DNA of 64,000 nucleotides from Bdellovibrionales bacterium (GCA_965197425.1 CBDANC010000015.1:352001-416000); one strand, 5' to 3'; shown: positions 49,178 through 60,940, counted from the stretch's first letter. Translations and numbers: made by a program. Notes: generated by a model not told the origin, from the sequence alone.

Positions 49178-50167
49178 CTAGATAGCTTTTTTTAGTTTTT
49201 CTACTATGGTGTTTTTTAGTTTGTGGAAATCATCTTTCACCACCGCACCCGAAGAGTTAAAATGACCCCCTCCTCCAAGCTCTCTTGCAATGTTGAAGAC
49301 ATCAACATTACCCCTACTTCTTAGAGATACTTTATATTGGCTTGGAGCATCTTCTCTGAATAGAACAACGGCTTTCAAAACATCAACTTTCATAATGGAA
49401 TCTATAATATCACCAGTATCATCAATGCTGATATTATGCTCCAGCATAGACTTGCTGCTTATATGTATAATACCAATTTTGTTGTCATGTAGGTATTCTA
49501 AGTTACTAATCGTCTTAGCTAAGAAATGCATTTTGCTAATACTGTAGTTGCCAAATATTTCTCTATGTACTTGCTCAGGATTTTTTTCATATTCTAAAAT
49601 TTCAACTGCAATTTTGTGTGATTGAGAAGAGCCTCTTATATATTTAAACACCTGAGTGTCGAAGCAAACCGCAGTATAAACTGCTCTAGCTATGTCTTTA
49701 TTCATTGGTATGCCCATTTTTTTTATTAAGTGATAAACTACCTCACCAGATGAAGCTGCATCTTTGTTTATTAAAAAGGACACGTTTTCGTAATGTTTGT
49801 CTTTTGAAATATGATGATCAACAAATATTATATGTTTACATTTTTCTTCAAATTCAGAAAATAAATCTCCAACATGGTCTGGATCGTTGGTATCAAATAT
49901 TAAAGCCAAGTCTGTAGGCTCTAAGTTTTTGTGTTTTTGCTTTTTGTTTTCAATTTTATCTGAATGTTTTAAAAAACCATATCTAGGAGGAGTTGGATCC
50001 AGATTCAATATCCTTACCTTTTTCCCCAGGTGTTTAAGTGCATAGTACATGGCCATTTCTGATCCCAGACCATCCCCATCAGGTTCTCTATGCGTACTCA
50101 AAACAACACTATTTGCCTTAGTTATAATGTCAGAAACTGAGTCAAGTTCTAGCTTTAAACTACCCAT
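49178..50167 (-). CDS. nrnA: DHH/DHHA1 phosphoesterase (NrnA-like nanoRNase)
   Basis: HREPDGDGLGS, VDHH, SLRS, GGGH. Confidence 0.88.
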   Translation of the reverse strand: MGSLKLELDSVSDIITKANSVVLSTHREPDGDGLGSEMAMYYALKHLGKKVRILNLDPTPPRYGFLKHSDKIENKKQKHKNLEPTDLALIFDTNDPDHVGDLFSEFEEKCKHIIFVDHHISKDKHYENVSFLINKDAASSGEVVYHLIKKMGIPMNKDIARAVYTAVCFDTQVFKYIRGSSQSHKIAVEILEYEKNPEQVHREIFGNYSISKMHFLAKTISNLEYLHDNKIGIIHISSKSMLEHNISIDDTGDIIDSIMKVDVLKAVVLFREDAPSQYKVSLRSRGNVDVFNIARELGGGGHFNSSGAVVKDDFHKLKNTIVEKLKKAI

Positions 50168-50224
50168 TACCGTACAACTCCTATAAGCTTCTCCCGTCCT
50201 TATCGGATAAAATTCTAAAAAACA

Positions 50225-51577
50225 CTAATATATATTAAAGTATTTCATTGCTATGGTGGCTATACCAAGGAATGATAGAAATCCAAAACAATCGGTTATT
50301 GTAGTCACTAAAACACCACTTCCTGAAGCTGGATCCCATTTTTGTTTTTTTAAAAACAAAGGGATAATAGCACCCATTACAGATGCTACAAATGAGTTTA
50401 AAATCATCGATATGCAGATAATTACACTTACTAACAAATGGCTTTTCCACAAATAGACAATCACTCCGGCACAAATACCGGTTATCAGTCCTAATGAAAT
50501 GCCAACTTTTATTTCTTTTAAGATGGCTTTTGTATGGCTTATAAAATCAAAGTCACCTGTTGCCAGACCTCTGGTTACCACAGTAAGTGTTTGAATGCCC
50601 ATGTTTCCACCTGTGCCAGAGACTATGTTGTTAAGTGTGGCTAGTATGATTAGTTTGCTCATGGTTTCTTCAAAAAAAGAAATCACCAGGCTGATTAGCC
50701 CAGCGAAGATCAGGTTGAGCATCATCCATGGTAATCTATTTTTTATACTCTCTATTGGTCTGGTATATACCTTATCATCTTCTTGAAGCCCTGCTTGTTT
50801 ATATATATTTTTTGTAGCTCTATCTTCAATAATATCTATTATGTCATCTACAGCAATAACGCCCTTCAGTTGTCCCTCATTGTTTAAGACAGGTATGGCT
50901 AACAGATCACTTGTACCTACTAGCTCTGCAACCTCCAAAGTTTTGGTATCGGTAGATGCACTTATCACATCTGTTTTCATAATGTGTTTTATTAAAGTAT
51001 CTTCACTAGCTGTTACCAGGTTTCTTAAAGAAATAACTCCTTTAAATTTATTGTCATTTGAAACACAGAATACATAGTATATAGGTTTTTCTTTTACATA
51101 GCTTCTGACCTGAGAAATAGTTTCTTTTACCGTTATGTCTTCGTTAACTGAGAAAGCATTAAGCTGCATGTCTCTTCCTGCTGTTTTTTCTTCGTAGCTA
51201 AGTATTTGCCTGAGCCTGGTTCTTGTTGCTATTGGAAGTTCATTTAAAATTTTGTTCTGATCATCCTTGTTAAGTGAGCTTATAAAATGTGATGCATGTT
51301 CCTCTGAACTGACACTACAGATTTTTACAAATGTGTGTAAATCTTTGCTAAAAAAATCTCTTATAGTAGGTTCTGGTAATTCCCAAAAAACCTTACCCAC
51401 CTTACCTATTGAGATTAAACCTCTGGTCAGTGTGTCTATTTCTGATTTATTCAGAGCAAAATATAACTTACTAAGCTCCCTAGGCTCGGTTTTAGATAAT
51501 ATTCTCCTCAAAGGTTTCTGACCTTTGGAGTTTAAGAGCCTTTTAATAATAGACATATTGGTATTACTGTTATACAT
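50225..51577 (-). CDS. mgtE: Magnesium transporter MgtE
   Basis: CBS pair, RLPWM, GGNMGIQT, DPASGSG..VTTITD. Confidence 0.92.
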   Translation of the reverse strand: MYNSNTNMSIIKRLLNSKGQKPLRRILSKTEPRELSKLYFALNKSEIDTLTRGLISIGKVGKVFWELPEPTIRDFFSKDLHTFVKICSVSSEEHASHFISSLNKDDQNKILNELPIATRTRLRQILSYEEKTAGRDMQLNAFSVNEDITVKETISQVRSYVKEKPIYYVFCVSNDNKFKGVISLRNLVTASEDTLIKHIMKTDVISASTDTKTLEVAELVGTSDLLAIPVLNNEGQLKGVIAVDDIIDIIEDRATKNIYKQAGLQEDDKVYTRPIESIKNRLPWMMLNLIFAGLISLVISFFEETMSKLIILATLNNIVSGTGGNMGIQTLTVVTRGLATGDFDFISHTKAILKEIKVGISLGLITGICAGVIVYLWKSHLLVSVIICISMILNSFVASVMGAIIPLFLKKQKWDPASGSGVLVTTITDCFGFLSFLGIATIAMKYFNIY

Positions 51578-51685
51578 AGCCCCTTTACTAGCATGCCAGA
51601 TTGTGTTTTACAAACTGAGGCAATTCGAGGGATAGGTAATTCTTCACTAATCTAAAATCTGGCCTATCAAATTTAAGAGGGTTTT

Positions 51686-52165
51686 ATGGCAAATGATCAA
51701 CTTCCTATAACAGAACGTGGTAAAAGGAAGCTAGAAGCCGAGCTGAAAACGTTGATACAAGTTGAAAGATCTAAGGTTGTCAAAGCAATTGAAGAGGCAA
51801 GAGAGCAAGGTGATCTAAGTGAAAATGTAGACTACGATGCTGCAAAAGAAAGACAGGGGTGGATAGAGGCTAGAATTTCAGAAATACAGGGCAGACTAGC
51901 AGGGGCAGAAGTTATAGATCCATCAAAACTTAAATCAGATAAAATTATATTTGGTGCCAAAGTAACCCTGTTAGACTGCGAAGAAGACAAAAAAGTCGTG
52001 TACCAAATCACAGGACCAGAAGAATCTGATGTAAAAGAGGGCAGGATTTCGATACTATCCCCACTGGCTAGGGTACTAATAGGAAAAAAAATTTCAGCTG
52101 TCGTGGAACTATCTACCGCCAATTTTACCAAAGAATATGAAGTATTAGACATAAAATTTGAGTAA
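51686..52165 (+). CDS. greA: Transcription elongation factor GreA
   Basis: GDLSENVDYDAAKE, ISILSPLA. Confidence 0.93.
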   Translation: MANDQLPITERGKRKLEAELKTLIQVERSKVVKAIEEAREQGDLSENVDYDAAKERQGWIEARISEIQGRLAGAEVIDPSKLKSDKIIFGAKVTLLDCEEDKKVVYQITGPEESDVKEGRISILSPLARVLIGKKISAVVELSTANFTKEYEVLDIKFE

Positions 52166-52404
52166 AAACTACCAAATTTATAGTGTAAAAAATTCAATTT
52201 TTATAGCTATTTACTTAGGTTTTGGTATCTGTCGTCCTTAGTTGGTGCCATTTCTATGGCGGTTAGTGTAGTGTCTTTATCAGGTAAGATATGTTATTAT
52301 GGTCTTTCCAGATATAGAGCTGTACAGAGTTTAGGCCAGGTAGCCAACATAGGTGGCTGGTGTGTGTAACCAGACTTCATAGCCTGCTATCTTGGGAGGT
52401 GAGT

Positions 52405-52749
52405 GTGAGGAAGGCAATTAAGTTCATTGGTTTTGAACCGGATAGTGAGCTTGCGGATTACGCTCTTTGTGTTGTAAAGGACTTGAAGATGATGTCTCCT
52501 TCTAGGTCTTTTGTGATGCTCAATTTGAGAATGGTGTCTTGTGGTACCTATGAAGGTTCTGTTGATATAAAATCATTCCAGAAGCATTTTTTTGGTAGTC
52601 TTTCTGCCGGAAGTCCCAATGAGGTCTTGGAGTTGCTTTTCAACAAGTTGAAAAAGCAGATAGATGAATGGAAGGAGATTAGGTTCGATTCTGAGGAACC
52701 TCCCAGCGTAAAAGAACTAGACAGCAGTTTGTACGGCAGTAACTTCTAG
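52405..52749 (+). CDS. Hypothetical protein, possibly HPF/RaiA-like fold
   Basis: GGAGG SD before GTG; short beta/alpha pattern ending KLKKQIDEWK. Confidence 0.45.
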   Translation: MRKAIKFIGFEPDSELADYALCVVKDLKMMSPSRSFVMLNLRMVSCGTYEGSVDIKSFQKHFFGSLSAGSPNEVLELLFNKLKKQIDEWKEIRFDSEEPPSVKELDSSLYGSNF

Positions 52750-52798
52750 TTTAGTTACATCTTCTATTTCATATCATAGTTTTAAGAAAGTATTGTAC

Positions 52799-54436
52799 TC
52801 ATGTGTCTGTGTAGCCAGGGCCGCCACCTCCCTCAGGCGGGACCCAAGAAATATTATTGTGCGGGCATTTTATATCACATGCTTTGCAGTGAATACAGTT
52901 AGTATAATTCACCTGAAGGTTATGCTTGCCTGATTCTTCTACCATCTCATATACATTGGCTGGGCAAAAGAAATGGCAGGGTGAATTAAATGTTTCATAA
53001 CAGCTATCACTACATATCTTAGTATTGTGTACCTTCAAGTGATTTGGTGAATTTTCATCGTGTTTTGTTTTGGTTAAATAGACACTTGAAAGTTTATCTA
53101 AAAATAACTTGCCATCAGGTTTAGGAAGAGAGTTTATTTCTTTTTCTTTTTTGTTACCCCAAACATCTAGAACAGGCAATGTGGTTTTGTAGTCTTTTTT
53201 GACATTTTTTCCACTTTTTAGTTTTTGAAAAAGTAATGATGGTATAGATGAAATAATATTGGGGGTTAGTGAGTGGTGAAAATTTCTAACTTCAAATAGT
53301 TCATCTCTTATGTAGCTGTTATTTACTTTATCTTGGTATTTTTCAAGTTGTTTAGAAAAGTCATTTTTTTTAAGACATTCTACTATTGTTTCAGAGGCTA
53401 GTATTCCTGCTTTCATACCCAGGTGAATTCCTTTTAGTTTCTTGTCATCCACCATTCCTGCAGAATCACCTATAACCAGCATGCCATCTGCAAAAAGCCT
53501 TGGCATGGAGTTATATCCTCCAGAGGGTATGCACCTTGCTGCATACGATACTACCTCTCCACCTTTGATCATCTTGTATATGAAAGGATGAGCCTTTAAT
53601 TGTTGAAGATATCTGTGTGGATCAAATAAAGGGTCTGTTGTGTTTAAGTACCCAACCAAGCCTACTACTAAATCCTGTTTGGATATTGCGTATAGAAAAG
53701 TTCCTCCCACGGATTTTTTTAGTGGATAGCCTAGAGTATGGATTATGGTTCCTGGAATAAATCGGTCTTCGTTTACATGGATGATTTCTTTAACTCCTTC
53801 GGAGTAGGTATCAGGAGATTTTCCTTTTCTTAAATCAAGTTTTTGGCAAACTTCTTGAAAAAGCGAACCTCTAGGTCCTTCTGCAAAAACTGTAACTTTT
53901 GCTTTAAGTTCAATCCCAGGTTCAAAGTTAGATTTTGGTTTGGAGTGTTTATCTAAACCCATGTCACAGGTTTTCACACCCACAACTTTGTCACCATCAT
54001 AGAGAGTTTCTATTGCTGAAAAACCAGTAAAAATATCCACACCTTTTTGAATGGCAATTTCAGAAAGCCACTTGTTAAACTTGGAAACTGATATTACATA
54101 GTTACCTTTATTTTTTAACGATGGTGGAACTGGTATTCTCAGGCTTTTGGACTCAGATAAAAAATAGAATCTTTCTTTTGATACGCCTATGTCCAATGGT
54201 GAGTTTAGATCTTTATGATTTGGAATTAATTCATTCAGAGCAATTGGATTTAACACAGCTCCGGATACGCTGTGTCCTCCAATAGCTTCTGCCTTTTCTA
54301 AAATAGCGACAGTTGGGTTTAAATTTTCCTTGGAAGCCACATTTTTTAAATGAATTGCCAAAGACAGTGCTGCTGAACCACCACCTACTATAAGTACATC
54401 AACACTGATAGGTTCTTGCTTTGTCACAATATTCAC
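52799..54436 (-). CDS. Electron transfer flavoprotein-ubiquinone oxidoreductase
   Basis: DVLIVGGG, SGAV, KGIHLGM, CPANVYE, NCIHCKACDIK, PEGGGGP. Confidence 0.92.
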   Translation of the reverse strand: MNIVTKQEPISVDVLIVGGGSAALSLAIHLKNVASKENLNPTVAILEKAEAIGGHSVSGAVLNPIALNELIPNHKDLNSPLDIGVSKERFYFLSESKSLRIPVPPSLKNKGNYVISVSKFNKWLSEIAIQKGVDIFTGFSAIETLYDGDKVVGVKTCDMGLDKHSKPKSNFEPGIELKAKVTVFAEGPRGSLFQEVCQKLDLRKGKSPDTYSEGVKEIIHVNEDRFIPGTIIHTLGYPLKKSVGGTFLYAISKQDLVVGLVGYLNTTDPLFDPHRYLQQLKAHPFIYKMIKGGEVVSYAARCIPSGGYNSMPRLFADGMLVIGDSAGMVDDKKLKGIHLGMKAGILASETIVECLKKNDFSKQLEKYQDKVNNSYIRDELFEVRNFHHSLTPNIISSIPSLLFQKLKSGKNVKKDYKTTLPVLDVWGNKKEKEINSLPKPDGKLFLDKLSSVYLTKTKHDENSPNHLKVHNTKICSDSCYETFNSPCHFFCPANVYEMVEESGKHNLQVNYTNCIHCKACDIKCPHNNISWVPPEGGGGPGYTDT

Positions 54437-54448
54437 CTTTAGTTACTT

Positions 54449-54630
54449 GATTGGCATCAGTGTACAGAGCTGGGCAACCACGAGTCAAAAAAAAGTAAGC
54501 ATAGCTTCCTTATTTTTTATCTCGTTCGGAAGACCTTTAGTGGAAACAGGCACTCGTCCAAAAAATGTTCTGTCTTCACTTGTACTTCGTATGCTCGTTA
54601 CGCCAGTCCATTTATTTGGCCTCACGAGGC
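54449..54630 (+). repeat. Modular GAAGACCTTTA repeat (type II, 54449-54539) followed by a type III module
   Basis: GGCATCAGTGTACAGAGCTGGGCAACCAC...CTCGTTCGGAAGACCTTTA; then CACTCG..AAAAAATG...CACTTGTACTTCG...CGCCAGTCCATTT similar to 63925-64000. Confidence 0.75.
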
Positions 54631-54636
54631 TCACCT

Positions 54637-54906
54637 TTATATTTCAAATGGTTTCGGGGAGATTAGTTTGGGTTTATTGAACTTAGAATAAGCAGCTATT
54701 CCTGACGGTAGAAGACCTAAATTCCTTGCTCTTTTAACTTCTAAAGACAACTTTTTTTGTTGCCTATAGCTAAGCTTACTTAACCTTGAGGGAATTATCT
54801 TAGCCCCTTCTGCTACAAACCTACGGAGGTCTATTGGATTTTTGTAGTCAAATACAAACCCTATAGGGTAATCCGATCTAAACTGTGTTTTGTTTTCATG
54901 CTTCAC
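54637..54906 (-). CDS. rpsR: 30S ribosomal protein S18
   Basis: DYKN, KIIPSRL, QKKL...VKRARNLGLLP. Confidence 0.88.
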   Translation of the reverse strand: MKHENKTQFRSDYPIGFVFDYKNPIDLRRFVAEGAKIIPSRLSKLSYRQQKKLSLEVKRARNLGLLPSGIAAYSKFNKPKLISPKPFEI

Positions 54907-55014
54907 AAAAACCTCTCAAAGGGTCTATAGCACATGTGTAAGGTGCAGGTCAAATGTATTGACTTATATTGTGTTCCTTGGTAGCTTCCCCGCTTGTTCC
55001 TTTGGAGATTTAAT

Positions 55015-55302
55015 ATGCCGGTATGCGAGCTTAGTAAAAAAAAGCCTGTGGTTTGTAATTTGGTAAGTCATTCTAATATTAAGACCAAATCTAGAAGCAA
55101 ACCTAATATTCAAAGAAAGAAGCTGTACAGTCAGGCTTTGGGGAGCTTTTATACACTCAATATAGCGACCAGTACCCTAAGGGATGTGGAGCATAAAGGT
55201 GGTTTGGATTCTTATATCTTAAAAAAACCAACCTCCTTTTTATCGAAAAGAGCACTTTTGATACAGAAGCGTATTAAAAAGAAATTAAACCACAAAGCGT
55301 AA
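55015..55302 (+). CDS. rpmB: 50S ribosomal protein L28
   Basis: CELSKK..V.N.VSHSNIKTK...PNIQ, GGLD. Confidence 0.92.
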   Translation: MPVCELSKKKPVVCNLVSHSNIKTKSRSKPNIQRKKLYSQALGSFYTLNIATSTLRDVEHKGGLDSYILKKPTSFLSKRALLIQKRIKKKLNHKA

Positions 55303-55330
55303 CACAAGCATTAAACAGGACATAAATTTG

Positions 55331-55597
55331 ATGGCAGGAAAGTTTAAAATTACAAAAGGCGACGAGGTTAAGGTTATTTCTGGATCAGAAAAAGGGAAGA
55401 GAGGCACCGTTTTAGAAATAAATCAGATCCTCATGAGAGTGAAGGTACAAGGCGTAAAACTAGTAAAAAAACATGACAAAAAAGACGGAATACAAACCAA
55501 AGAAGCTTTTATAGATTACTCTAATGTAAAAAAAATATCCGATAAAAAACCAGTCAAAAAAACAGATAAGCAACCAGCTAAAAAAGCAAAAAAATAA
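55331..55597 (+). CDS. rplX: 50S ribosomal protein L24
   Basis: KGDEVKVISGSEKGKRG KOW motif, GIQTKEAFIDYSNV. Confidence 0.88.
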   Translation: MAGKFKITKGDEVKVISGSEKGKRGTVLEINQILMRVKVQGVKLVKKHDKKDGIQTKEAFIDYSNVKKISDKKPVKKTDKQPAKKAKK

Positions 55598-55655
55598 AAA
55601 GCATTTTAAATGAGGTAACTAAGATCAATGTTTGGTTTTAAGTTACCGTGTCAAA

Positions 55656-55722
55656 CCGACCGTAAGGGAGGTTCTTTCAATTGGAAAACATAAAGGTTTA
55701 TCCCGTAAGCCAATTGGATAAA
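55656..55722 (+). repeat. 66-bp hairpin miniature element, diverged copy 3
   Basis: CCGACCGTAAGGGAGGTTCTTTCAATTGGAAAACATAAAGGTTTATCCCGTAAGCCAATTG aligns to 1035-1100. Confidence 0.8.
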
Positions 55723-55746
55723 ACGTAACTAATCAGTCAATTAATG

Positions 55747-57573
55747 TTAGGATTTTATGATAGCTAAAAAAGCTTGTTGGGGAACTTCGACATTACCTAT
55801 GTTTTTCATTCGCTTCTTGCCCTTTTTCTGCTTTTCTAAAAGCTTTCTCTTTCTGGTAATGTCTCCACCATAGCATTTTGCAGTAACATCTTTTCTTAAT
55901 GCGCTTATTGTTTCTCTAGCTATAATCTTGGATCCAATGGCTGCTTGAATAGCTATTTGAAATTGTTGTTTGGGTAGTAGTTCCTTTATTTTTTTAGTAA
56001 GTGCTCTTCCTCTGTAATATGCGTTGTCTTTGTGAATTATAACAGACAGTGCATCCACTTTTTCACCAGCAAGTAAAATATCAACCCTAACCAACTTTGC
56101 TTCTTCAAAACCCATAATTTCATAGTCCATTGAAGCATAACCTTTAGAAATAGATTTAATTTTGTCATAAAAATCTAAAACCATCTCACTCATGGGCAAC
56201 TTGTACTCCAACATTGCTTTAGAATCACTTATGAACTCTAGCTTTTGTTGAGTCCCTCTTCTGTCTTGACAGAGGGCAAGTATTCCTCCTAAGTAATCAG
56301 ATGGTGTGTGTATAGTTATTCTCAAAATAGGTTCTTCAATTTTAGCAATAGTACTAGTATCAGGAAGTTCAGATGGATTGTCCAAGACTACCAATTCACC
56401 ACTTGTTTTGTGAACATGGTATACAACGCTTGGGGCTGTTGTTATAAGATCTAGATTAAATTCTCGCTCAAGCCTTTCTTGTACAATATCCATGTGTAGT
56501 AAACCTAAAAACCCACACCTAAAACCAAGCCCCAAGGCCCCAGAATTTTCCGGTTCAAAACTTAAACTAGAATCATTTAAACAAAGCTTACTTAGACTAT
56601 CTTTTAATTTGGCGTAATCATTTGGATCAATAGGAAAAATTCCAGAGAAAACCAACGGTTTTACTACTTTAAAACCAGATAATGGTGTTGTACATGGTTG
56701 TTTAGCTAAGGTGATAGTTTCACCAACTTTTACATCTCTAATATTTTTTATTCCACAGATCACAAATCCAACCTCTCCAGCATTTAGAGTTTTTTGCTCT
56801 AATGGAAAAGGTGCATTTATACCCAACTTTAATACTTCATAGTCCACGCCAGACGCAGTAAACCTGACCTTATCTCCTACAGAAATCGAACCATCAAAAA
56901 TACGGCACAACACAACTACACCCTGATAGGAATCAAACCAGGAATCAAACACTAAAGCTCTTAAGGATTGTGTGGAATCCTCCTTTGGAGGAGGAATATC
57001 ATTGATTATTGACTCTAGTACGTCATCAATCCCTATATTATCTTTTGCACTAGTGTAGATAGCTTTTGTTGTGTCAATTCCAAGTGTATTCTGAATTTGT
57101 TCCGCTACAGCTTTTGGATTAGCAGAAGGTAGATCTATTTTGTTGATGATAGGAATCAAGTCTAAATTATTTTCGATTGCCAAGTACACATTAGCTAGTG
57201 TTTGAGCTTCTATTCCCTGCGCAGCATCTACTATAAGTAATGCTCCTTCACATGCTGCTAGTGATCGGGATACTTCATAAGAGAAGTCGACATGACCTGG
57301 TGTATCTATTAAATTTAGTTGATAAATTTTTTTGTTTTTGGCCTCATATTGTAATCTTACACTCTGGGCTTTTATGGTTATTCCCCGCTCCCTTTCCAAG
57401 TCCATGTTATCTAAAAACTGGTGCTTCTTTTCTCTATCAGACAGCGAACCTGTTTTTGACAAAAGAGAGTCTGCCAATGTGGATTTGCCATGATCTATGT
57501 GTGCTATTATGGAAAAATTGCGTATATAATCTATAGGTTTTTTAGCTCGTTTACCTTGTTCAATTTTTCCCAT
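55747..57573 (-). CDS. lepA: Elongation factor 4
   Basis: [34 protein letters not shown]. Confidence 0.97.
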   Translation of the reverse strand: MGKIEQGKRAKKPIDYIRNFSIIAHIDHGKSTLADSLLSKTGSLSDREKKHQFLDNMDLERERGITIKAQSVRLQYEAKNKKIYQLNLIDTPGHVDFSYEVSRSLAACEGALLIVDAAQGIEAQTLANVYLAIENNLDLIPIINKIDLPSANPKAVAEQIQNTLGIDTTKAIYTSAKDNIGIDDVLESIINDIPPPKEDSTQSLRALVFDSWFDSYQGVVVLCRIFDGSISVGDKVRFTASGVDYEVLKLGINAPFPLEQKTLNAGEVGFVICGIKNIRDVKVGETITLAKQPCTTPLSGFKVVKPLVFSGIFPIDPNDYAKLKDSLSKLCLNDSSLSFEPENSGALGLGFRCGFLGLLHMDIVQERLEREFNLDLITTAPSVVYHVHKTSGELVVLDNPSELPDTSTIAKIEEPILRITIHTPSDYLGGILALCQDRRGTQQKLEFISDSKAMLEYKLPMSEMVLDFYDKIKSISKGYASMDYEIMGFEEAKLVRVDILLAGEKVDALSVIIHKDNAYYRGRALTKKIKELLPKQQFQIAIQAAIGSKIIARETISALRKDVTAKCYGGDITRKRKLLEKQKKGKKRMKNIGNVEVPQQAFLAIIKS

Positions 57574-58676
57574 GTAAACTCTTCCTCATTTCTGCCAAAA
57601 TGCCCATAAGACGCAGTTTTTAGATATATTGGCTTTAACAGTTCAAAGTCATTTATAATTGATTTCGGACTGAAGTTCCAAATTTCTCTAACAGCCTTTT
57701 CAATTTTTGAGACTTCCACTTTTGCAGTGTTATAGTCATTTATCATCAAACTTACTGGGTTTGATTTTCCTATGACATAGGATAACTGTACTAGGCACTT
57801 ATCAGCAAGCTTAGCCCCAACAATATTTTTTGCTATATGACGAGCGAGGTAGGCAGCTGACCTATCAACCTTAGATGGATCTTTGCCACTAAATGCTCCA
57901 CCGCCATGTGCTCCATGACCACCATATGTATCTACCACTATTTTTCTTCCAGTTAAACCGCAGTCTGCCTGAGGGCCTCCTATGGTAAACTTCCCTGTAG
58001 GATTAAATAAAAAATTAACATTACTATCGATCAAGTGTTCTGGTATAACCTGAAGCACAACCTCATTGTAAACCTCTTCTTTTAGTTTTTTAATCGACAC
58101 ACCTTCTTCATGATGCGCACTGATCACTATTGTATCAATTCTCCTAGGCTGGCCATCAATATAGTCAACAGTGACTTGCCCTTTACTGTCCGGAAACAGG
58201 CCTTTTATAATTCCCTTTTTTCTTACCTCAGAAATTCGTTTCATTAACATGTTTGAGTAGTAGATTGAAATGGGCATTAGGTTTGGTGTTTCGTTTACCG
58301 CGTATCCAAACATGATACCTTGATCCCCAGCTCCTTGTTCTTTTTTATCTGATGAATCAACACCCATCGCAATGTCTGCACTTTGTTTTTCGAAGGACAA
58401 AATTATAGGTGCTCTGTTAGAGTCAAAACCAGCAAGTTCATTGTCATAACCAATATCCTTTATTACTTTTCTTACAATGTTAGGATAGTTAATGTCTGCT
58501 GTTGTGGAAATTTCTCCTGCTAAAACTACTAGCTTGGAAGAGATAAGTGTTTCACACGCAACTCTACTGTTTGGATCTTTTTCTAACAAAGCATCCAGTA
58601 TGGCATCACTTATTTGATCTGCTACTTTATCAGGGTGACCCCCAGATACCGATTCACTAGTAAACTTATAGTTCAT
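57531..58676 (-). CDS. metK: S-adenosylmethionine synthetase
   Basis: [27 protein letters not shown]. Confidence 0.97.
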   Translation of the reverse strand: MNYKFTSESVSGGHPDKVADQISDAILDALLEKDPNSRVACETLISSKLVVLAGEISTTADINYPNIVRKVIKDIGYDNELAGFDSNRAPIILSFEKQSADIAMGVDSSDKKEQGAGDQGIMFGYAVNETPNLMPISIYYSNMLMKRISEVRKKGIIKGLFPDSKGQVTVDYIDGQPRRIDTIVISAHHEEGVSIKKLKEEVYNEVVLQVIPEHLIDSNVNFLFNPTGKFTIGGPQADCGLTGRKIVVDTYGGHGAHGGGAFSGKDPSKVDRSAAYLARHIAKNIVGAKLADKCLVQLSYVIGKSNPVSLMINDYNTAKVEVSKIEKAVREIWNFSPKSIINDFELLKPIYLKTASYGHFGRNEEEFTWEKLNKVNELKNL

Positions 58677-58709
58677 GGGTACAGAGGCTTATCACATATG
58701 ATGTGATAA

Positions 58710-59054
58710 TCAAGATGCTTTTTTTGTTCTGTATCTAGAAACTTTCTTGCTCTTTATCTTAGAAAGTTGCCCCAGAGCTTTTTCAATAGCACCATCTACT
58801 GTTTTGTATAGGTTAGAGTTTTGGTTTCTAGAAGCCAGATTTATACCAGGACCTCTTACCACAACCGTAGCTTTATACTGGTGACGCTGTACGCCTAAAG
58901 ATAACAATGCACGCACACGAAGGCTTTGCATCTTATTAATTCTATCAAGCTGACCCAAGATATAACTCTCAATGTTTGATCTATTTAAAACTATGCTTGG
59001 TTGGATATTAATATCACTCACATTATCCACAAGATTGGAAGTTTGATAACTCAT
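58710..59054 (-). CDS. HPF/RaiA-like ribosome-associated protein
   Basis: NLYKTVDGAIEKALGQLSKIKSK resembles the HPF C-terminal helix. Confidence 0.55.
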   Translation of the reverse strand: MSYQTSNLVDNVSDINIQPSIVLNRSNIESYILGQLDRINKMQSLRVRALLSLGVQRHQYKATVVVRGPGINLASRNQNSNLYKTVDGAIEKALGQLSKIKSKKVSRYRTKKAS

Positions 59055-59146
59055 AGAACCCCCTTTTTTGCCCGTTTGGCAGGCAAGACACAGCTCCCAT
59101 TCTAACTCAAAAAAATATAATTTACATGATGAATATGATGATAATT

Positions 59147-60940
59147 TTAAGCTAGGAGGTTATATGTGATTAACATGAGGACATAAGCTAGTACCGTGTA
59201 TGCTATAAACAATAGTATTGGTATTTTGTAGCTTCCTAACTCTTTTCTAATTATGGCCAGGGTTGATACACATTGCAGAGCTATGGCATAGAACACTAAT
59301 AGGCTTAGTCCAGATGCCAGGCTTAAATCTGCTAGATGCTCCGATAGCCCTACCAAGTTATTGTTTATATTTTCTAGGCCGTAGAGTGTTGCCAGTGTTC
59401 CTACAAACACTTCTCTTGCCAAAAAAGATGATATTATTGCTACTCCAAATTTCCAGTCTAAACCTACTGGTGCAAATATTGGGCTAATTAGATGACTAAT
59501 TTTTGCAAGCCACGATGAAGATAAGCTTCCAGCTCCGTTTGGAAAATATCCTAGTAACCACACCACAACAGTAACTGAAAATATTATAAATCCAGCTTTG
59601 AGCACAAATAGCCAAGATTGTTGTAGGCCGGTTAATGTTATTGATTTTAGGTTTGGCATTCTGTAGGGAGGAAGCTCAATAATAAATGGCATATCTGAGT
59701 ATTTTTTTGCAAATGTGTTAGCTAAAAAATACGATATTAACAACGCTGCCACAATTCCTAGAGAATATAACCCGGTAAAGAAGGTACCCTGAAGCCCCAC
59801 AACTCCAAAGAAACTTATATTTGGTATTAACACTGAAATTAGCAGTGCATATACTGGCAGCCTTGCAGAACATGCCATTAACGGAATCGTAAGCATCGTA
59901 AGCAACCTTCTTCTTGGAGAAGCTATTGTTCTAGCTGCAAAGATTGCAGGTATAGCACATGCATGTGCCGATAGAAATGGTATAAAACTTCTGCCAGATA
60001 ACCCAAAAAAACTAAACACTCTATGGCAGAATATACTAGCACGAGCTAAGTACCCCGAATCTTCTAAAAATGATATTATAAAAGTTAGTATAAATATTTG
60101 CGGCACAAATACCAAAAATGATCCACAACCACCAAACAATGCATCTTTAACAAAGTCTTTTAATATTTGGTTTGAAATAAGGTTGGCCGTAGCTGTTCCA
60201 GTTTGTGAAATTAGGGTTTCAATTGCATTCATCAGAGGTGCTGACCAAGTAAAGATAGCTTGAAACAAAATTAACATTGAAGATACAAAGATTACTGTAC
60301 CCCAAAGTCCCGATAGAAAAATTTTATCTAGCTTATTACCTCTTTTTATTAGAAGTCCTGGATTAGACAAAAATGTTCTAGCTACTTTTCTGCTTAAGTT
60401 ATAAATATCATCTTTTGATTCTGGTACTTGTTCTTGTAGTATACCTACGGACTCATCTTTTATTGCTTGTTTTAATTTGTCTAAATTTTCTCCGGTCTTT
60501 GCAGAAATGGGTACTGTATGTGTTTTTAGATCCTTTTCTAATTCTTCAATGGTAATTTTGACATCATTTTTTTTGATTTCATCTATCATGTTAAGGGCAA
60601 AAATAAATCTTTTATTATGTTTTCTGGCTATCTCTTTTGCCTGTAACCCCACCACTAAACTTCTCTCCAACCTGGTGGCATCTAGTACACACACCACAAC
60701 AGACTTTTGGGTTTTTACTCCGTCTATAAATTTGTTTATGGCTACTTCTTCATCACTAGTTATAGGGTCTAAGGAATAGACACCTGGGTAATCTATATAC
60801 GTAATGTTGTTCGAACATCCTGATTTTACTTCTACCGTAACCCCTGGAAAGTTGGATACTTTTTGATTTGCCCCAGCTAGTTTATTAAAAAGAAGGCTTT
60901 TTCCCGTATTAGGTTTTCCAATAAAAAGAGCAGTTGTCAC
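59147..60940 (-). CDS. feoB: Ferrous iron transporter B
   Basis: GKPNTGKS, NFPGVTVE, DYPG, EDSGYLAR, CSARLP, AREVFV. Confidence 0.95.
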   Translation of the reverse strand: MTTALFIGKPNTGKSLLFNKLAGANQKVSNFPGVTVEVKSGCSNNITYIDYPGVYSLDPITSDEEVAINKFIDGVKTQKSVVVCVLDATRLERSLVVGLQAKEIARKHNKRFIFALNMIDEIKKNDVKITIEELEKDLKTHTVPISAKTGENLDKLKQAIKDESVGILQEQVPESKDDIYNLSRKVARTFLSNPGLLIKRGNKLDKIFLSGLWGTVIFVSSMLILFQAIFTWSAPLMNAIETLISQTGTATANLISNQILKDFVKDALFGGCGSFLVFVPQIFILTFIISFLEDSGYLARASIFCHRVFSFFGLSGRSFIPFLSAHACAIPAIFAARTIASPRRRLLTMLTIPLMACSARLPVYALLISVLIPNISFFGVVGLQGTFFTGLYSLGIVAALLISYFLANTFAKKYSDMPFIIELPPYRMPNLKSITLTGLQQSWLFVLKAGFIIFSVTVVVWLLGYFPNGAGSLSSSWLAKISHLISPIFAPVGLDWKFGVAIISSFLAREVFVGTLATLYGLENINNNLVGLSEHLADLSLASGLSLLVFYAIALQCVSTLAIIRKELGSYKIPILLFIAYTVLAYVLMLITYNLLA

